NCBI GenBank assembly: GCA_937911445.1
Contig: CALDQY010000003.1
Span: 1-38,523 of the forward strand
Direction of reading: 5' to 3'
Length of the DNA stretch: 38,523 nt
From: an uncultured Rhodobiaceae bacterium
GTDB lineage: Archaea > Thermoplasmatota > Poseidoniia > Poseidoniales > Poseidoniaceae
Shown: positions 37,901 through 38,523 of the stretch, in pieces
Numbering within the stretch: position 1 is the first letter of the stretch
Layout: every line of letters begins with the position of its first letter
Position numbers and translations under genes: made by a program
The notes under the pieces: model-generated
Database searches by the model: none
Told to the model about the DNA's origin: nothing
Seen by the model: the letters and a program-made list of their open reading frames with translations, nothing else

Positions 37901-38436
37901 TATTCGTTCGTAATCGTGATATCACCAAGGATTTGCGTGAGCGAACCGATTCCGTATGGAATGAACTTGATGTACAGATCGAGATCGTTCTTCACAGTCG
38001 CAAAATCGCTCACTCGTAGGTATTCGGTTTGTGTGAATTGGATTTCAGCGTTTCCTGTGAACCCTTCAAGTTCAACACCACTTTTGTCGAAATCTGCAGA
38101 CATCCGCAATTTGTAAACCCATTCGGTTCCATTGTCGAATTGAAGTTCGAGAATATCTACGACTTCAGCAGTCGCATCGCCTCGAATCTCACCCACGTTC
38201 GCTGAAACGCCCGTATCTGTAATGAGGATGGAAGGATCAAACGTCCCTGAGTAAATCCACTTGTCACCGACTCTCCATGATGGTAGGTCGGTCACACCAG
38301 GGTCGGACCCACTTCGCTGGACGACTTGCTCGTTGGAAGGCAGAAGGTTGTGTTCAACCAATGGGATTTGACTGAACCCAATCATGCATGCGAGAACGAG
38401 CAGGGTCAAGACACGTGACTTGAACACTCCGCCCAT
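34936..38436 (-). CDS. Large secreted membrane-anchored surface protein (CARDB + PKD-like repeats), paralog A
   Basis: Same architecture as 31327-34911: PSWRVGDKWIY, GCDASY..WYCPAV, GYNVLPGD, PKD-like repeats, TM followed by RRRR, GLPEGWTMEQW. Start placed at ATG 38436. Confidence 0.8.
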   Translation of the reverse strand: MGGVFKSRVLTLLVLACMIGFSQIPLVEHNLLPSNEQVVQRSGSDPGVTDLPSWRVGDKWIYSGTFDPSILITDTGVSANVGEIRGDATAEVVDILELQFDNGTEWVYKLRMSADFDKSGVELEGFTGNAEIQFTQTEYLRVSDFATVKNDLDLYIKFIPYGIGSLTQILGDITITNEYSPATEVYDFPLRYGERWTSLTTASSQWSGQSDYITPFPPPETDTNTTTWEVTDVGQPRNAIGAGIAYSGCDASYELTSWNSDGVSTGYRWYCPAVNNYAWRHAEEDVGLTIDFRLKQYMPVGATGVESNSDPGTRPTCVDVAPERSLTALDSPLEVWVHLSPSCYGTIDGVGVEVAYDGASTTVYTASNGSASTTIDSGSSIDYSATNTDWSSHGIMAKSGSYVGAATITLDEYLVGLDLIADEERAVIIRNRSGVVSTVSSLSGYNVLPGDDLTIEVAVVNKGITTSTATDLRIYHPDGSIFDLGLPPLATYESHKVNFTWTVPADAAIGTLPIRWESDPLQVNTADADADNDLGEIELFIGRLPTAVLEPIEVYTNVETVINASGSFDEDGGNVSCLFNVPWYDGTRSAAWTRVESMDCMLNWTWTNDGEYPVEVTITDEEQDQVEGILDVVILNRAPNIEVISARNEVKVEHPVTLYAYANDTDSEDPFPGIVDVYWLNAICEEGYYTRVCTTTAPTEGWHTFQAVGVDDDSAMTMASIDIRFTNINPHGLSVTMTNESGPLPLDVQQTWHVQEDQMVNLRGQALDSVDDLDGLTHRWWPDDAQPNLIKTFDGRVSEFEMMWETSGLHRMRLEVSDSEGASSGTYERWVSVANVPPVVQPLEQVLPLAEGEEVRLVGNATDTPSDYDTLIRCWDVDPGLDSNDIGGADDDCDVIGDELVWHWNTSGTHTVIYHVTDDDGVRVSEILSIEVLNIPPIVRTKDIVCNALEACLLDATGTIDSINDLDQITVVWDLDTSVDSNGDGVKDNDADKIGKQIEHVFTREGSYTIRVIAWDENPERPGTRVINVEIGAPERTIVEELGAALVGDEANPVAQLSLLAFMLLVLGMMTRRRRSGRQQRAMDRLDQQQNAIFSDEEVGLMPHEISARRNRPQDPPIERAFDSVNVAPAPTTGPPLPEGGLPEGWTMEQWEHYGQQWLDSQVDNS

Positions 38437-38481
38437 GCATATGCTTAGATGTTCTTGCACATCAAAGGTGCGACGATGGCC

Positions 38482-38523
38482 TCAGAGGAGATCAGCAAGT
38501 TCGTCCTTGATGATTTCAACTGC
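38482..38523 (-). CDS. 3' end of an upstream gene (partial)
   Basis: Reads AVEIIKDELADLL* on the minus strand into TGA at 38484-38482. Too short to identify. Confidence 0.4.
   Translation of the reverse strand, partial: AVEIIKDELADLL

Noticed and set aside
1-38523. CRISPR arrays, tRNA/rRNA, transposases, integrases, inteins, defence islands
   Set aside because: Intergenic gaps are all about 100 nt or less with no repeat-spacer or cloverleaf pattern seen, and no such protein motifs were recognised.

Overview
A gene-dense archaeal chromosome segment, most likely from a Marine Group II euryarchaeote (Poseidoniales, Thermoplasmatota). The archaeal call rests on marker genes (Csl4, METTL5, NMD3, archaeal-type SepF, single-domain KaiC-like ATPase, COG1031-type radical SAM, SIS-type PGI/PMI) and GGTGA Shine-Dalgarno motifs. 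The MGII call is an inference from large acidic membrane-anchored surface proteins with GLPxGWTMEQW tails and a marine-type NiSOD. About 28 CDSs are supported, including three missing from the ORF track: a partial ABC-F at the left edge, a 52-aa CcmD-like gene, and a gene end at the right edge. No rRNA, tRNA, CRISPR array or mobile element was seen. Most interesting: (1) an exosome cap subunit Csl4 fused to two canonical RRM domains; (2) a probable operon of two giant paralogous surface proteins with a shared cytoplasmic tail motif, followed by sepF and a His-rich membrane protein; (3) a ccmA-ccmB fusion/ccmC/ccmD module without ccmE/F in the window, coupled to NMD3; (4) a rhomboid next to a membrane-anchored subtilase, both with C-terminal Zn-ribbon-like motifs; (5) genes unusual for archaea (ABC-F, SMUG1-type UDG, sodN-sodX, M23 peptidase). 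All calls are from motif recognition by eye; no database search was run.
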